A stretch of DNA of 64,000 nucleotides from Candidatus Kaiserbacteria bacterium (GCA_016432285.1 CP066682.1:528428-592427); one strand, 5' to 3'. Positions 35,951 to 45,970 are shown, counted from the first letter of the stretch. Numbers and translations: made by a program. Notes: generated by a model not told the origin, from the sequence alone.

Positions 35951-36997
35951 CTACTCCATGAGCGGCTTTTCTCTCTTGTGAAAGTAATAGACCAGATTGT
36001 AAATGAGACCCTTTACCGCAAGCTCAAACGCGTGCGAATCTCTTGAATACATTTCTATACCCTTTGCATGTATGTCGCCGGTGATCGTTACGACGCGCTT
36101 GCCGGGGTTTTCGGCTCTGATCTTGTCCAGCGCCAATTTCATAAACACCGTCCTCGCATCGCCCGTGTACGACACGTCATGTCTCGCGTAGTATCGATGA
36201 TCCGCGCTATTTTGGTTGAGGTACACCGAGAGCATGAGAGACGGCGGCGTGATGCCGAGCTGCGTGACAAACCATGACAAACCGTATTCCTTCAGCCACT
36301 GCGATCGCTCGCGCGGATCAAAAAGATTCAGGCGGTACATCGCGAGCGCAAGCGCCAGTCCACCGACGGTCGCCAGGAGGCCCACCCTTCCCCCAGAATT
36401 GCCCTCCAGGTACTGCACTTCTTTTCCTTGCCTCTTCGCGTATTCACCGAGGTGCTTAAAAAAACGTGACGAATATTCTAGAGCCACGATATCGGTTCGT
36501 TTTTCCTTAATTGCTTCATACACTTCTTTTTTTACTTGCTGCCATCCGTGGGCATCGTGCTGAAGCCCGATGTTTAGGTAGGAATGATCTTCCGTTTCGG
36601 CATATGTATAATCCTCTTCCCTCTCCGTACTCGGGGCGACATGATCCTCATCGCTAAAGTTGAGATTCTCCCCATCATCTACGATCGCCGAACCGAAGAG
36701 TGAGCCGACCGCGAACACCTGCGCCGCATGCGGAGATGTAGCAATGGAATTGCCGACAACGCTTATGAGGTATTGAAACTCCTTCTTTTCAAAAAAATTC
36801 GAAGGAATTGCTGCGAGCATTTTTTGCGCCTCCTTCTCAACTGAACCTGCCGGATATGCTGACTCTTCAGCAGCAGTAAAATCGGCAAGTGCCACGTCCG
36901 GCTTCAATGTAAATAGTGCGCTGGCCGCAAGGCCACCGGCTAAAAAGTCTCTTCTCGAAATTGTCGCACTCTCATGTGGCCGCTTTTGCTTCTCCAT
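35951..36997 (-). CDS. Hypothetical exported protein with a Tat-like signal peptide
   Basis: MEKQKRPHESATISRRDFLAGGLAASALFTLKPDVALA carries the S-RR-x-F-L twin-arginine motif. About 310-aa mature domain, no recognised family. Confidence 0.5.
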   Translation of the reverse strand: MEKQKRPHESATISRRDFLAGGLAASALFTLKPDVALADFTAAEESAYPAGSVEKEAQKMLAAIPSNFFEKKEFQYLISVVGNSIATSPHAAQVFAVGSLFGSAIVDDGENLNFSDEDHVAPSTEREEDYTYAETEDHSYLNIGLQHDAHGWQQVKKEVYEAIKEKRTDIVALEYSSRFFKHLGEYAKRQGKEVQYLEGNSGGRVGLLATVGGLALALAMYRLNLFDPRERSQWLKEYGLSWFVTQLGITPPSLMLSVYLNQNSADHRYYARHDVSYTGDARTVFMKLALDKIRAENPGKRVVTITGDIHAKGIEMYSRDSHAFELAVKGLIYNLVYYFHKREKPLME

Positions 36998-37001
36998 GCG
37001 A

Positions 37002-38036
37002 TTACTCCTCGACCGAGGGTTTCTCGAGCAGATCCGGCTCGACGCCCATTTTGGCACCCGCGATGCGGTACACGTCTTTGTCGATCTTGCCGAGCTCTTT
37101 GTATGCACTGTTGTAGTGCGAGACGGTTGTGCCGAGTGAGACGCCGAGTTTGCGGTAGTACTCCTCGTAGGAGCCCAGGTGCTTCCCCAGCTCCCCCACG
37201 CGCTTCTGGATTTCCTCCGCACGCTTTTCGATTTCCAGCGCCTTGAGACCCTGCAAAACGGTCTGCAAATACGCCAGGAAGGAGGTCGGCGAGACGATGA
37301 TTACTTTGTATTTGGATGCGGCACGCTGGATGAGATTCTCGTCTTCGCCCGCACCGACTTGATTGGTGAGAAGATCGTAGTAAATCCCCTCGCTCGGAAT
37401 AAACATGAAAGCGAAATCCATCGTGCCTTCTTCCGGTCGGATATATTTGGCGGTCTCTTGGATCCGCAGCTTCAGGTCATTGACGAATGTCTTTTCGAGC
37501 GCGGCGCGCTCGGAGGATCCGGAAGGCGCCGCCACGAAGCGGTTGTAATTTTCAAGCGAGAACTTTGAGTCGATCGGGACGAGCTTTTCGTTGACGAAGA
37601 CGGCGGCATCCACGATCTCGCCGTTTTTGAAAGGATGCTGCATCTTATACATGCCGGCCGGCAAGACGTTTTTCAGCACCGTCTCAAGAAAGTATTCCCC
37701 GAGTATCCCGCGCTGTTTCGGATTTTTGAGAATATCCTGGAGCGATTTGAGCTGCTCGGCAAAGGATTGCGTCTGCCGGCCGATTTCTTTGACCGAGGTG
37801 ATCTCCTGCGTGATCTCCTTGATGATTCTCGTTGATTCCCCAAGCTGGCTGCGCATCGTATCGTGCATCTGCTTGCTGGATTCGTGAAGGCGCGAGTCGA
37901 GCGACCGGCCGAGCTCCTGCATCTGGTTTTGCAGGAGCACGAGCCCCTGCGTGTCGGCCTTCTCTTTGGGGCGGAGCAGGAAAAAGTACGCAACGAGCGC
38001 GAGATTCGCAAGAAGGAGCGCGACGATCAGCCATTC
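37002..38036 (-). CDS. rmuC: DNA recombination protein RmuC
   Basis: N-terminal TM helix, coiled coil and an RmuC C-terminal domain. Start at MEWLIVALLL. Confidence 0.8.
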   Translation of the reverse strand, partial: EWLIVALLLANLALVAYFFLLRPKEKADTQGLVLLQNQMQELGRSLDSRLHESSKQMHDTMRSQLGESTRIIKEITQEITSVKEIGRQTQSFAEQLKSLQDILKNPKQRGILGEYFLETVLKNVLPAGMYKMQHPFKNGEIVDAAVFVNEKLVPIDSKFSLENYNRFVAAPSGSSERAALEKTFVNDLKLRIQETAKYIRPEEGTMDFAFMFIPSEGIYYDLLTNQVGAGEDENLIQRAASKYKVIIVSPTSFLAYLQTVLQGLKALEIEKRAEEIQKRVGELGKHLGSYEEYYRKLGVSLGTTVSHYNSAYKELGKIDKDVYRIAGAKMGVEPDLLEKPSVEE

Positions 38037-38072
38037 CATACGGCTATCGTAGCATGTGGTATATTTTCCCCT

Positions 38073-38525
38073 ATGTTGACTCAAACGATCCGCTCCGACA
38101 TGACGGCCGCGATGAAGGCGAAGGATCCGATCCGGCTCAATACGCTCCGCGGCGCTATCACCGCATTCACCAACGAGCTCGTGGCGAAGGGCCGGAAGCC
38201 GACGGAGGAGCTCGCCGATCCGGAAGCCGTAACAGTGCTGAAGCGTCTCGCGAAGCAGCGCAAGGAAGCGGCCGATGTGTACACCTCGGGTGGCAGAAGT
38301 GAACTCGCCGAAAAGGAACGTGCGGAGCTGAAGATCATCGAAGGGTACCTGCCGCAGACGGCCTCCCGTGAGGAAATCGAAAAAGTAGCGCGCGCGAAAA
38401 TGACCGAGATGGGTCTCGCGGATCCATCAGGTGCAGGCAAACTCACCGGGGCGGTGATGAAAGAATTCGCCGGCAGAGCGGATGGGGGCGATGTGAAAGA
38501 CGTGGTCGCGGGTCTTTTCAAGTAG
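38073..38525 (+). CDS. GatB/YqeY domain protein
   Basis: LTQTIRSDMTAAMKAKD...RLNTLR...EIEKVARAKMTEMG, typical of YqeY. Confidence 0.8.
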   Translation: MLTQTIRSDMTAAMKAKDPIRLNTLRGAITAFTNELVAKGRKPTEELADPEAVTVLKRLAKQRKEAADVYTSGGRSELAEKERAELKIIEGYLPQTASREEIEKVARAKMTEMGLADPSGAGKLTGAVMKEFAGRADGGDVKDVVAGLFK

Positions 38526-39495
38526 CGTCCGACCCCTCTGTTTTCCTCGCCTTCTTTTCGAGATACGGGTAGTAATCCTGCCGGATCTTTTCCGTGGCCC
38601 ACTCGTACATCTCCATCACGATATTTTTTCCGCGCGCCCCGCGCGCGTAGAGCGCGGGGCATCCGGTGCGGATCTCGCGCGGCTTTCCCACCGAGTTCGC
38701 CAGCCAACGGCGCGTATCTTCGGCAAGTTCGAGGCGCATGGCATCCCCTTCGCCCACGATTTCGAGATGCCGCAGCCATGGCTCCTCATGCGTGCGCAGG
38801 CGGTCGCGCTCGCCCGCCACTTGATCCGAGAGATGGCTGAAGGCGCTCAATTCCATCTGCGCGATCGTACGCACCAGCTCGGCGTTGTTGCGTGCGATGA
38901 TCTCGAACTCTTGTGGAGAAATATCGCGGTGCGCCCGTTCCTCAAAATACTTCGGAATGCTCTGGAGCGTGCCCCACACGACGCTGCACGCCGTCTCGAT
39001 GCCCGACTGGAGACGGGTGCGCATGTCGACCGCCCGCAGCTTCGGCAGAATCTCGTTGTAGCGGCGGTACGCACGGTCGTCGAAGGAAGACTGCTCGCTC
39101 CCCACGCCGACCGCGAGCCTGCGCTCCTCGCACCAGCTCGTGATCGCGCGGCTGACCTGCATGTACATTTCGGACTCGAGCGCGTTCAAGACGTGCAGGC
39201 CTCCGAGCCGCTCTTCCGGGAGCGGGCGCGTGCGCTGATAGTGTCTTCGGATTCCTTCGACACGCGGCCACAGGCTCTGGAGAGATGCGACTACAATCGC
39301 ATTTGCCTCGAGTTTCCGGTCCGCATCACTCGGATCATCGCCCTCTGCAAAAGTATGCTCCGGTGAGAGACGCGGGATCGGCACCACCGGATTTTGAGCG
39401 TTGATATGCTTGAGGGTCGGCACCGTGCCTGCCTGCACCGCCTCCTTCTTCTCTCTGACGCGCTCGATATTGCGGATTTTTTTCTCCGAGTCCAT
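38518..39495 (-). CDS. Hypothetical protein (325 aa)
   Basis: Long ORF immediately downstream of the MFS gene. No recognised domain. Confidence 0.45.
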   Translation of the reverse strand: MDSEKKIRNIERVREKKEAVQAGTVPTLKHINAQNPVVPIPRLSPEHTFAEGDDPSDADRKLEANAIVVASLQSLWPRVEGIRRHYQRTRPLPEERLGGLHVLNALESEMYMQVSRAITSWCEERRLAVGVGSEQSSFDDRAYRRYNEILPKLRAVDMRTRLQSGIETACSVVWGTLQSIPKYFEERAHRDISPQEFEIIARNNAELVRTIAQMELSAFSHLSDQVAGERDRLRTHEEPWLRHLEIVGEGDAMRLELAEDTRRWLANSVGKPREIRTGCPALYARGARGKNIVMEMYEWATEKIRQDYYPYLEKKARKTEGSDAT

Positions 39496-39498
39496 GGC

Positions 39499-40707
39499 CT
39501 AAGCCGCGCTTGAGACGAAGCGTTGGAGCGAAACGGTCAGTCCTGCCGCAAAAGCCGCGACGCCAAGCGCGAGTGCGAACGCCACGGGCAATGACACGAA
39601 TGATGCGGCCGCCCCCACGAAGATACAGAGCACAATCTTGCCCGAGGCGCGCGCCATTTCTTTGAGCGTGGTGTACTCGTCGATGAAGGTGCCATGGTCG
39701 CTCGCCTGTTGTTGCACAAACGGATCATGGAGCGTGCCGCGTGAAGGCAGCGTCGCGTACGAATACGTGTCGGCGAGAATCACGCCGACCGGTGTGCCGG
39801 CGGCAAGCCGGAATATCCAGCCGGACATCGCGAGCACGGTATGCACGCGCGGCGAATCGTGAAGCTCGAATCGTTTGAACCACCTCCCGAGCACGGCGCG
39901 CGAAAGAAGGATCGCAAGGAGCGTAAGCGAGACCACGATGCCGAGCGCGGCGTACGAGGAGTCGAGGATGAAAAAGATCGCGAGCGGCCAGATCAAAAAA
40001 AGCGCCGCACCTTGCACGCCTTCGAGCAAAGAATTGAGCACGAGCGTGTTGTTCCGCTCACGGGCAAGCTGGACAAACGTGTACAGATAAGCCCACGAAT
40101 ATTTCTCTCGCGTATTTTTCACAAAAAGCGCCGGGACGATCGAGAGGATAAGAAAAATGGAGGTGCCAAAGAGGATCCGGATCGGCTCCGAAGGATACGA
40201 AACGAGCGTGAGTGCCGCAAAAAGCGGCATCAGAGCGACCAGTATTTCAAAGAGTGCGTGCAATCGCGAGTGCCGGTGCGGTGTCGCGGCCCGCGAGAGC
40301 CGATAGGGCACAAAGTAGAGCGCGCGGTATGCGCCGAGCAAAATCGCAAAGAGCGCGACTCCCCACACGAGCGAGTCGCCGACGAAAAGGCCCATGAGAG
40401 CGCCGCCGAGCACGGTGTACGCGAGTGCGGCGAGCGCGGTGCCAGTGATCAGGGCTCGCTTCGTACCGGTACGGAGGTGCGCGGCGGCAATCGGCGTCAA
40501 CACCACGGTGATCCCCTGCGCCAATCCGTAGACAAGAAGCAACGCGACGAACGCGCGCCCTGCATCCCCCGAAAGCACGTAGAAATACTGAAAGACGAAG
40601 ATCCATGCGAAGGCGCTCGTAAGTGCAAGCCCCAGCCGCAGCAACAGGCGATGCGTCGAGAGGAGCGCGTCGTCCGCGCTGCTTCGAGCAAGAAGCGGCT
40701 CGCTCAT
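39499..40707 (-). CDS. MFS-type transporter (about 12 TM)
   Basis: Repeated hydrophobic helices, about 400 aa. Start at MSEPLLARS, 4-nt overlap with the upstream small gene. Confidence 0.6.
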   Translation of the reverse strand: MSEPLLARSSADDALLSTHRLLLRLGLALTSAFAWIFVFQYFYVLSGDAGRAFVALLLVYGLAQGITVVLTPIAAAHLRTGTKRALITGTALAALAYTVLGGALMGLFVGDSLVWGVALFAILLGAYRALYFVPYRLSRAATPHRHSRLHALFEILVALMPLFAALTLVSYPSEPIRILFGTSIFLILSIVPALFVKNTREKYSWAYLYTFVQLARERNNTLVLNSLLEGVQGAALFLIWPLAIFFILDSSYAALGIVVSLTLLAILLSRAVLGRWFKRFELHDSPRVHTVLAMSGWIFRLAAGTPVGVILADTYSYATLPSRGTLHDPFVQQQASDHGTFIDEYTTLKEMARASGKIVLCIFVGAAASFVSLPVAFALALGVAAFAAGLTVSLQRFVSSAA

Positions 40708-41063
40708 GCGAGGGCGGTGCGCCTGCGGAACCAGGGTGCCGCAAGCGGCGCAAGCGCGACGATCGCGTATCCGAGCCACACGTTCCAATCGGCAAACAAG
40801 CTCCACCCGGTGAACGGCACGCTGAAGATCGCATCCAGTGCGGCGGCGATGAGCGCCCACGCAAGCGAGTACGGCGCGATGTCGCGCCAGCTTTGCGTGC
40901 GGAGCGAATTGCCCGCGATGATGCCGAGCGTAATCAGCACGGAGAGGCTCACGAGCCGTGGTACTAACCCCTCGACGAATCCGTAGGTTACAAAGCCGGA
41001 CCACAATAGGAACATGACCGAATAGATCACGATGCCATATCCGAAAAGGTGGCCGTACTTCAT
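40704..41063 (-). CDS. Hypothetical small membrane protein
   Basis: About 4 TM helices. Translationally coupled to the MFS gene. Confidence 0.4.
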   Translation of the reverse strand: MKYGHLFGYGIVIYSVMFLLWSGFVTYGFVEGLVPRLVSLSVLITLGIIAGNSLRTQSWRDIAPYSLAWALIAAALDAIFSVPFTGWSLFADWNVWLGYAIVALAPLAAPWFRRRTALA

Positions 41064-41259
41064 ACCTCTATTATGCGCGAGATCCATATGTATCCGCCCC
41101 ACTGCCCGCTCTTCATGTGGATAGCAAACGACAACAGCTCCCTCGCGGGAGCTGTTGAAAAGCCGAGCAGGATGCTGGAGCTTATGGCGCCTAGCGAGGA
41201 GCGAAGTGAAAGTTTACTTTCACTTCGTCCGAGCGACGGCGACAAGCGCGCAACGCGCG

Positions 41260-41610
41260 CTACCAACGTCCGCCACCGTTGCTGCGGCCACCACCGCCAC
41301 CACCGCGGAAATCGCGGCGTGGCTCCATCGGGCGCGCTTCGTTGACCGTAAGGGTGCGGCCTCCGAAATCCTTGCCGTTCCACATATCGATCGCCTTCAT
41401 CGCCTCCTCGTCGGACGTCATCTCGACGAAACCAAAACCCTTCGAGCGTCCGCTCATCTTGTCCATGATGATGACCGCCGAAGAGACCGATCCCGCCTGC
41501 GAGAACGCGTCCTTGAGCTCAGAGTCGGTCGTTGCGTAGGGCAATCCACCGACGTATAGCTTCTTTGCCATGAGAGTCGTTTCTTGTTGCTTGTATAAAA
41601 TGTAAACCAA
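41260..41610 (-). CDS. RRM-type glycine-rich RNA-binding protein
   Basis: RNP-2 (KLYVGGL) and RNP-1 (KGFGFVEM), then a GGGGGRSNGGGRW tail. Start is either 41610 (SD AGGGGA) or 41571. Confidence 0.8.
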   Translation of the reverse strand: MVYILYKQQETTLMAKKLYVGGLPYATTDSELKDAFSQAGSVSSAVIIMDKMSGRSKGFGFVEMTSDEEAMKAIDMWNGKDFGGRTLTVNEARPMEPRRDFRGGGGGGRSNGGGRW

Positions 41611-41732
41611 CCTTTCCCCTGCTTATACGCAATGGAAACCTTACATTCGCGCCAATACTATACGCGCCGTATGAGTAGTCAAGAGGCCTTCTGTTTACAA
41701 AGAATGCTGTATACTGTGCCTACTTTCTCGAT

Positions 41733-42692
41733 ATGGCTGCAAAAAACGGCTCTATCTTTGCCAACCTTGCGCTCGAGTTTGTGCGCGTAACCGAGGTGGG
41801 CGCGATCGCCGCGGCCGCCTGGATCGGCAAGGGCGACGGCAAGGCAGCCGACCAGGCCGCAGTGGACGCGATGCGCACGTATTTCAATACGATCGACTTT
41901 CGCGGCGAGATCGTGATCGGCGAGGGAGCCAAAGACGAGGCGGCCGAGCTCTACATCGGCGAGCAGCTCGGGAGCGGCAAGGGCCCGCTCTTTGAAATCG
42001 CAGTCGATCCCTTAGAGTGCACCGATTCGGTGGCGCACGGGCGCACCAACGCGATCTCGGTAATCGCCACCGGCCCCGAGGGCTCTCTCTATCGCGCGGC
42101 CGATTCCTACATGGAAAAGATCGCGGTCGGCCCGCACGCGAAGGGCGCCATCGACATCGACGCCTCCCCCACCGACAACGTACGGAAGGTCGCGAAAGCA
42201 CTCGGCAAAGAAGCGAGTGAGCTCACGGTAGCGATTCTCGATCGGGATCGTCACAACGATCTTGTGGCAGAGGTGCGCGCGGCGGGAGCGCGCGTGCGCC
42301 TTTTCACCGATGGCGACGTGGCCATGGCGATCGCCACGTGCACACCTTCTTCTGTCGACATGCTCCTCGGCGTAGGCGGCAGCGCAGAAGCGGTCATTAC
42401 TGCGGCAGCCATGCGATGTCTCGGAGGCGAGCTGATCTGCCGCTGGAAGCCGAAAGACGAGAAGCACGTCGCGCGGCTCCACAAGGCGGGCGTGACGGAT
42501 TTCTCGCAGGTGTTCCGCGCGGTTGATCTCGCCAAGGGCGACAACGTCAGCTTCACCGCCACCGGCGTCATGACGGGCCCGCTCGCGATCGGGGTGAAGG
42601 TGGGCGCAAAGCACACGGAGACCCACTCAATCGTGATGACCTCGAACCCGCGCACGGTCCGCAAGATCAAGACGCGGCATTTAGAAGATTAA
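41733..42692 (+). CDS. glpX: Fructose-1,6-bisphosphatase class II
   Basis: GlpX N-terminal and metal-binding segments (AAAWIGKGDGKAADQAAVDAMR). Confidence 0.9.
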   Translation: MAAKNGSIFANLALEFVRVTEVGAIAAAAWIGKGDGKAADQAAVDAMRTYFNTIDFRGEIVIGEGAKDEAAELYIGEQLGSGKGPLFEIAVDPLECTDSVAHGRTNAISVIATGPEGSLYRAADSYMEKIAVGPHAKGAIDIDASPTDNVRKVAKALGKEASELTVAILDRDRHNDLVAEVRAAGARVRLFTDGDVAMAIATCTPSSVDMLLGVGGSAEAVITAAAMRCLGGELICRWKPKDEKHVARLHKAGVTDFSQVFRAVDLAKGDNVSFTATGVMTGPLAIGVKVGAKHTETHSIVMTSNPRTVRKIKTRHLED

Positions 42693-42701
42693 TTTTTAAT
42701 T

Positions 42702-43730
42702 ATGAACGCAGATATTTTAAAAAAGACGGCGAAGCAGATGGTCGCGGGCGGCAAAGGCATCATCGCAGCCGATGAGAGCGCTTCCACATGCCAGAAGCGG
42801 TTCGACTCGGTCGGCCTCGAGTGCACCGAAGAAAATCGCCGCCTGTACCGCACGACGATGTTTGAGAGCGAAGGACTCGGGCAGTACATCAGCGGCGTCA
42901 TTTTGTACGACGAGACGATCCGGCAGAAAGCCGGTGACGGCACGCCGGTATCGGAGCTGCTTGCCAAAAAAGGAATCCTCCCGGGCATCAAGGTAGATGC
43001 GGGCGCCAAAGAGCTCGCGTTGCATCCCGGAGAGAAGGTAACCGAAGGACTCGACGGCCTGCGAGAGCGGCTTGCGGAATACAGCGCGATGGGCGCGAAG
43101 TTCGCCAAGTGGCGCGCGGTGATCACCATCGGCCAAGGCATTCCGAGCGACGCGTGTCTCCACGCCAATGCGCACGCACTCGCCCGCTACGCTGCGCTCT
43201 GCCAGGAGGCCGACATCGTACCCATGGTGGAGCCGGAAGTACTCATCGACGGCGATCACTCGCTCGAGCGCTGCATGGAGGTAAGTCTGGCGGCTTTGCA
43301 AAAGACGTTTGAAGAATTGAAGGGGCAGGACGTACTCATGGAAGGCACGATCCTGAAGGCAAGCATGGTGATTTCGGGCAAGAAGGCCGCGAAGCAGTCG
43401 AGCGTGCAGGAAGTCGCCGCTGCGACGGTGAAATATCTGAAAGAGACGGTGCCCGCAAATCTTGCGGGTGTCGTCTTCCTCTCCGGCGGCCAGGGCGACG
43501 AGCAGGCTACCGCGCACCTCGATGCCATGAACAAGATCGGCGGGCTGCCGTGGCCACTTTCTTTCTCCTACTCTCGAGCAATTCAAAATCCGGTGCTGAA
43601 AAAGTGGGCCGAGAATCCGGCGCAGAACGCGAAAGCGGCGCAGGACATCCTCCTCTTCCGCTCCAAGATGAACTCCCTCGCGGCGCAGGGCACCTACTCA
43701 TCCGAAATGGAGAACGATCGCCCGTACTGA
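42702..43730 (+). CDS. fba: Fructose-bisphosphate aldolase, class I (eukaryotic type)
   Basis: GKGIIAADES, FAKWR, and a PMVEPE...DGDH...LEGTILK Schiff-base lysine region. Collinear with animal/plant aldolase A. Confidence 0.85.
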   Translation: MNADILKKTAKQMVAGGKGIIAADESASTCQKRFDSVGLECTEENRRLYRTTMFESEGLGQYISGVILYDETIRQKAGDGTPVSELLAKKGILPGIKVDAGAKELALHPGEKVTEGLDGLRERLAEYSAMGAKFAKWRAVITIGQGIPSDACLHANAHALARYAALCQEADIVPMVEPEVLIDGDHSLERCMEVSLAALQKTFEELKGQDVLMEGTILKASMVISGKKAAKQSSVQEVAAATVKYLKETVPANLAGVVFLSGGQGDEQATAHLDAMNKIGGLPWPLSFSYSRAIQNPVLKKWAENPAQNAKAAQDILLFRSKMNSLAAQGTYSSEMENDRPY

Positions 43731-43735
43731 CGTCC

Positions 43736-44557
43736 ATGGATTCCTTGGAGAGCGGCTCGTCCGGCAAGAAACGCGAGTTTACACCTCCCGACAAAGCGTT
43801 CGAGAACGATTTAAAACGTTTCGGCACTCCTGGCACGTCAGAACGGGAGAACCTTCTGCGTTATGCAACCTCTTTGTACCACAACACCGACGAAGCTGAG
43901 TCGGCGGTACAAGAAACGGTTCTGCGGGCTTGGCAGAATCATCACGCCTATCAAATGGGCACCAACATGGCAGCATGGCTCACGACGATTGTAAAGAATA
44001 ATTTCATGCAGAGTCACCGGAGTCGAAACAGAGTTACCAAATATGCAAAGGAGTATCGCAATAGGGCCATCGGTGAGAGAACTCTTTCGGATGATCCGTT
44101 CCGCGCCCTTTTGGTCAGCGAAAAGCACCGCAATTTTGAGCATCTGCCCGAAGAAGTGAAGGGCGCAGTCATCGCCGTCAATGACACCGGCACCTTTGAG
44201 GAGGCCGCAAAACGACTCGGCATCTCTGCCGCTCGCGTGGAACGGCTCCTTGAGAGTGCCGTCTCGGCACTTGAGCACGAAGAAGGCCGCCCCGAGGCAC
44301 GCAACGCAAGAGAGCGAGCGAGGGATGCCGATGCGGAGTTGTCCGCGGAGGATTTGGAGAAATACCTTCCCCTCCTACCCGCAAAACATCGGGATATTTA
44401 CAGGAGTGTCGTCATCGAGAATAAAACATATCCCATGGCCGCAGCCGAACTCGGCGTACCGGAGGGCACGATCAAATCGAATCTCGGACGTGCGAGACAA
44501 CGGCTGGCCGAATTGAAGCGATCGGACCAATCGAGTAGTGGCGAGACACCTGCATAA
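43736..44557 (+). CDS. ECF-type sigma factor with an apparent duplicated region-4 HTH
   Basis: Sigma70 region 2 (ETVLRAWQN...WLTTIVKNNFMQSHR). Two region-4-like segments (LPEEVKGAVIAV...AAKRLGISAARVERLL and LPAKHRDIYRSVVIENKTYPMAAAELGVPEGTIKSNLGRARQRL). ATG 5 nt after the fba stop. Confidence 0.65.
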   Translation: MDSLESGSSGKKREFTPPDKAFENDLKRFGTPGTSERENLLRYATSLYHNTDEAESAVQETVLRAWQNHHAYQMGTNMAAWLTTIVKNNFMQSHRSRNRVTKYAKEYRNRAIGERTLSDDPFRALLVSEKHRNFEHLPEEVKGAVIAVNDTGTFEEAAKRLGISAARVERLLESAVSALEHEEGRPEARNARERARDADAELSAEDLEKYLPLLPAKHRDIYRSVVIENKTYPMAAAELGVPEGTIKSNLGRARQRLAELKRSDQSSSGETPA

Positions 44558-44678
44558 CGCCCCACTTACAAGGTTCGACCTCGTACCAGAATAACCTTGT
44601 GCAAAGCCACCGATTGGCGACAACTTTTGGACGCGTTACAAGGTTGAACCTTGTAGTGGTTGTGCGCAGGCCCCAAGC

Positions 44679-45863
44679 TTAGACGACGCCGAATTTTTTG
44701 CCGACGGAGGTGAATTTCTCGACTGCCCTTTGGATGTCTTCTTTCGTATGCGCCGCGGAGATCTGCACGCGGATGCGAGCCTTACCCTTGGGGACCACCG
44801 GATATGCGAAGCCGATCACGTAGATGCCCTCGTCGAAGAGCGCCTTCGCCATGTCGACTGCTTTCTTCTCGTCGCCGAGCATGATGGGTGTGATGGGGTG
44901 TTGCGCGTCCGTCACTTTGAAGCCGTTTTGCGCCATGAGCTCCCGGAAGTATTTCGTGTTGTCCCAGAGGCGCTCGCGCACTTCGGGATGCTTTTGCACG
45001 TAATCCAGCACGAAGATCGAAACCCCGGCGATACCGGTGTCGAGCGCGTTGGAGAAAAGATACGTGCGAGAGCGGTTGCGCAAATAATCCGCTGCCTCCT
45101 TGCGCGTGGCGTTGAATGCCCCTCCCGCTCCCCCGAGCGCCTTGCCGTACGTGCCAGTGATGAAATCGACGCGATCCATGACGCCGCAGTGCTCGTGTGT
45201 GCCACGCCCGCTTCCGCCCATGACGCCCGTCGCATGCGCATCGTCGATCATGACGAGCGCATGGTACTTGTCAGCCAGCTCGCAAATCTCCGCGAGCGGC
45301 GCCACGTCGCCGTCCATGCTAAAAACCCCATCGGTCGCGATCACTTTGAGCCGCTTGTCTTTGACGAGCTTGAGTTTCTCCTCCAGGTCGGCCATGTCCA
45401 TGTGTTTGAAGATGTGTCGCTCGGCCTTCGAGAGCCGGATCGCATCGATGATCGAGGCGTGATTGAGCTCGTCGGTGATGATCGCGTCTCCTTCCCCAAA
45501 GAAGGTCTGAAAAAGTCCGACGTTGGCCATAAAGCATGAGGAATAGGTAACAGCGTCTTCGGTGCGCAAAAATGCGGCGGTCGCCGCTTCGAGATCTTTG
45601 TGGAGCGTCTGTGTGCCGCAGATAAAGCGTACCGAAGCGAGGCCGAAGCCCCATTTCCTGATCGTTTCGTCCGATGGCCCCTCGAGCAGCTCTGTGCCCG
45701 AAAAACCGAGATAATTGTTGGCGCAGAAATTGAGGAGCTTCTTGCCGGCAACCACTATCTCCCGGCCCTGCTTCGATTCGAGCACGCGCTCTACCTTGTA
45801 GGTGCCGTTCTCTTTCGCGGCTGCAAGCTCGGCCTCTAAGATCGGCTTCAAAGCGTCATACAT
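44679..45863 (-). CDS. kbl: 2-amino-3-ketobutyrate CoA ligase (glycine C-acetyltransferase)
   Basis: AOS-family PLP enzyme (TYGKALGG lysine region). Paired with tdh. Confidence 0.8.
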   Translation of the reverse strand: MYDALKPILEAELAAAKENGTYKVERVLESKQGREIVVAGKKLLNFCANNYLGFSGTELLEGPSDETIRKWGFGLASVRFICGTQTLHKDLEAATAAFLRTEDAVTYSSCFMANVGLFQTFFGEGDAIITDELNHASIIDAIRLSKAERHIFKHMDMADLEEKLKLVKDKRLKVIATDGVFSMDGDVAPLAEICELADKYHALVMIDDAHATGVMGGSGRGTHEHCGVMDRVDFITGTYGKALGGAGGAFNATRKEAADYLRNRSRTYLFSNALDTGIAGVSIFVLDYVQKHPEVRERLWDNTKYFRELMAQNGFKVTDAQHPITPIMLGDEKKAVDMAKALFDEGIYVIGFAYPVVPKGKARIRVQISAAHTKEDIQRAVEKFTSVGKKFGVV

Positions 45864-45970
45864 ATTCGCGCAGTATACACAGCAATTCTTGAATGCGCCG
45901 ATGAAGATCGACTTGAATCTCTCGCGAAACGTGGTACAATTAAGTTCGCTACAACCAGTGGAGATCTCGA

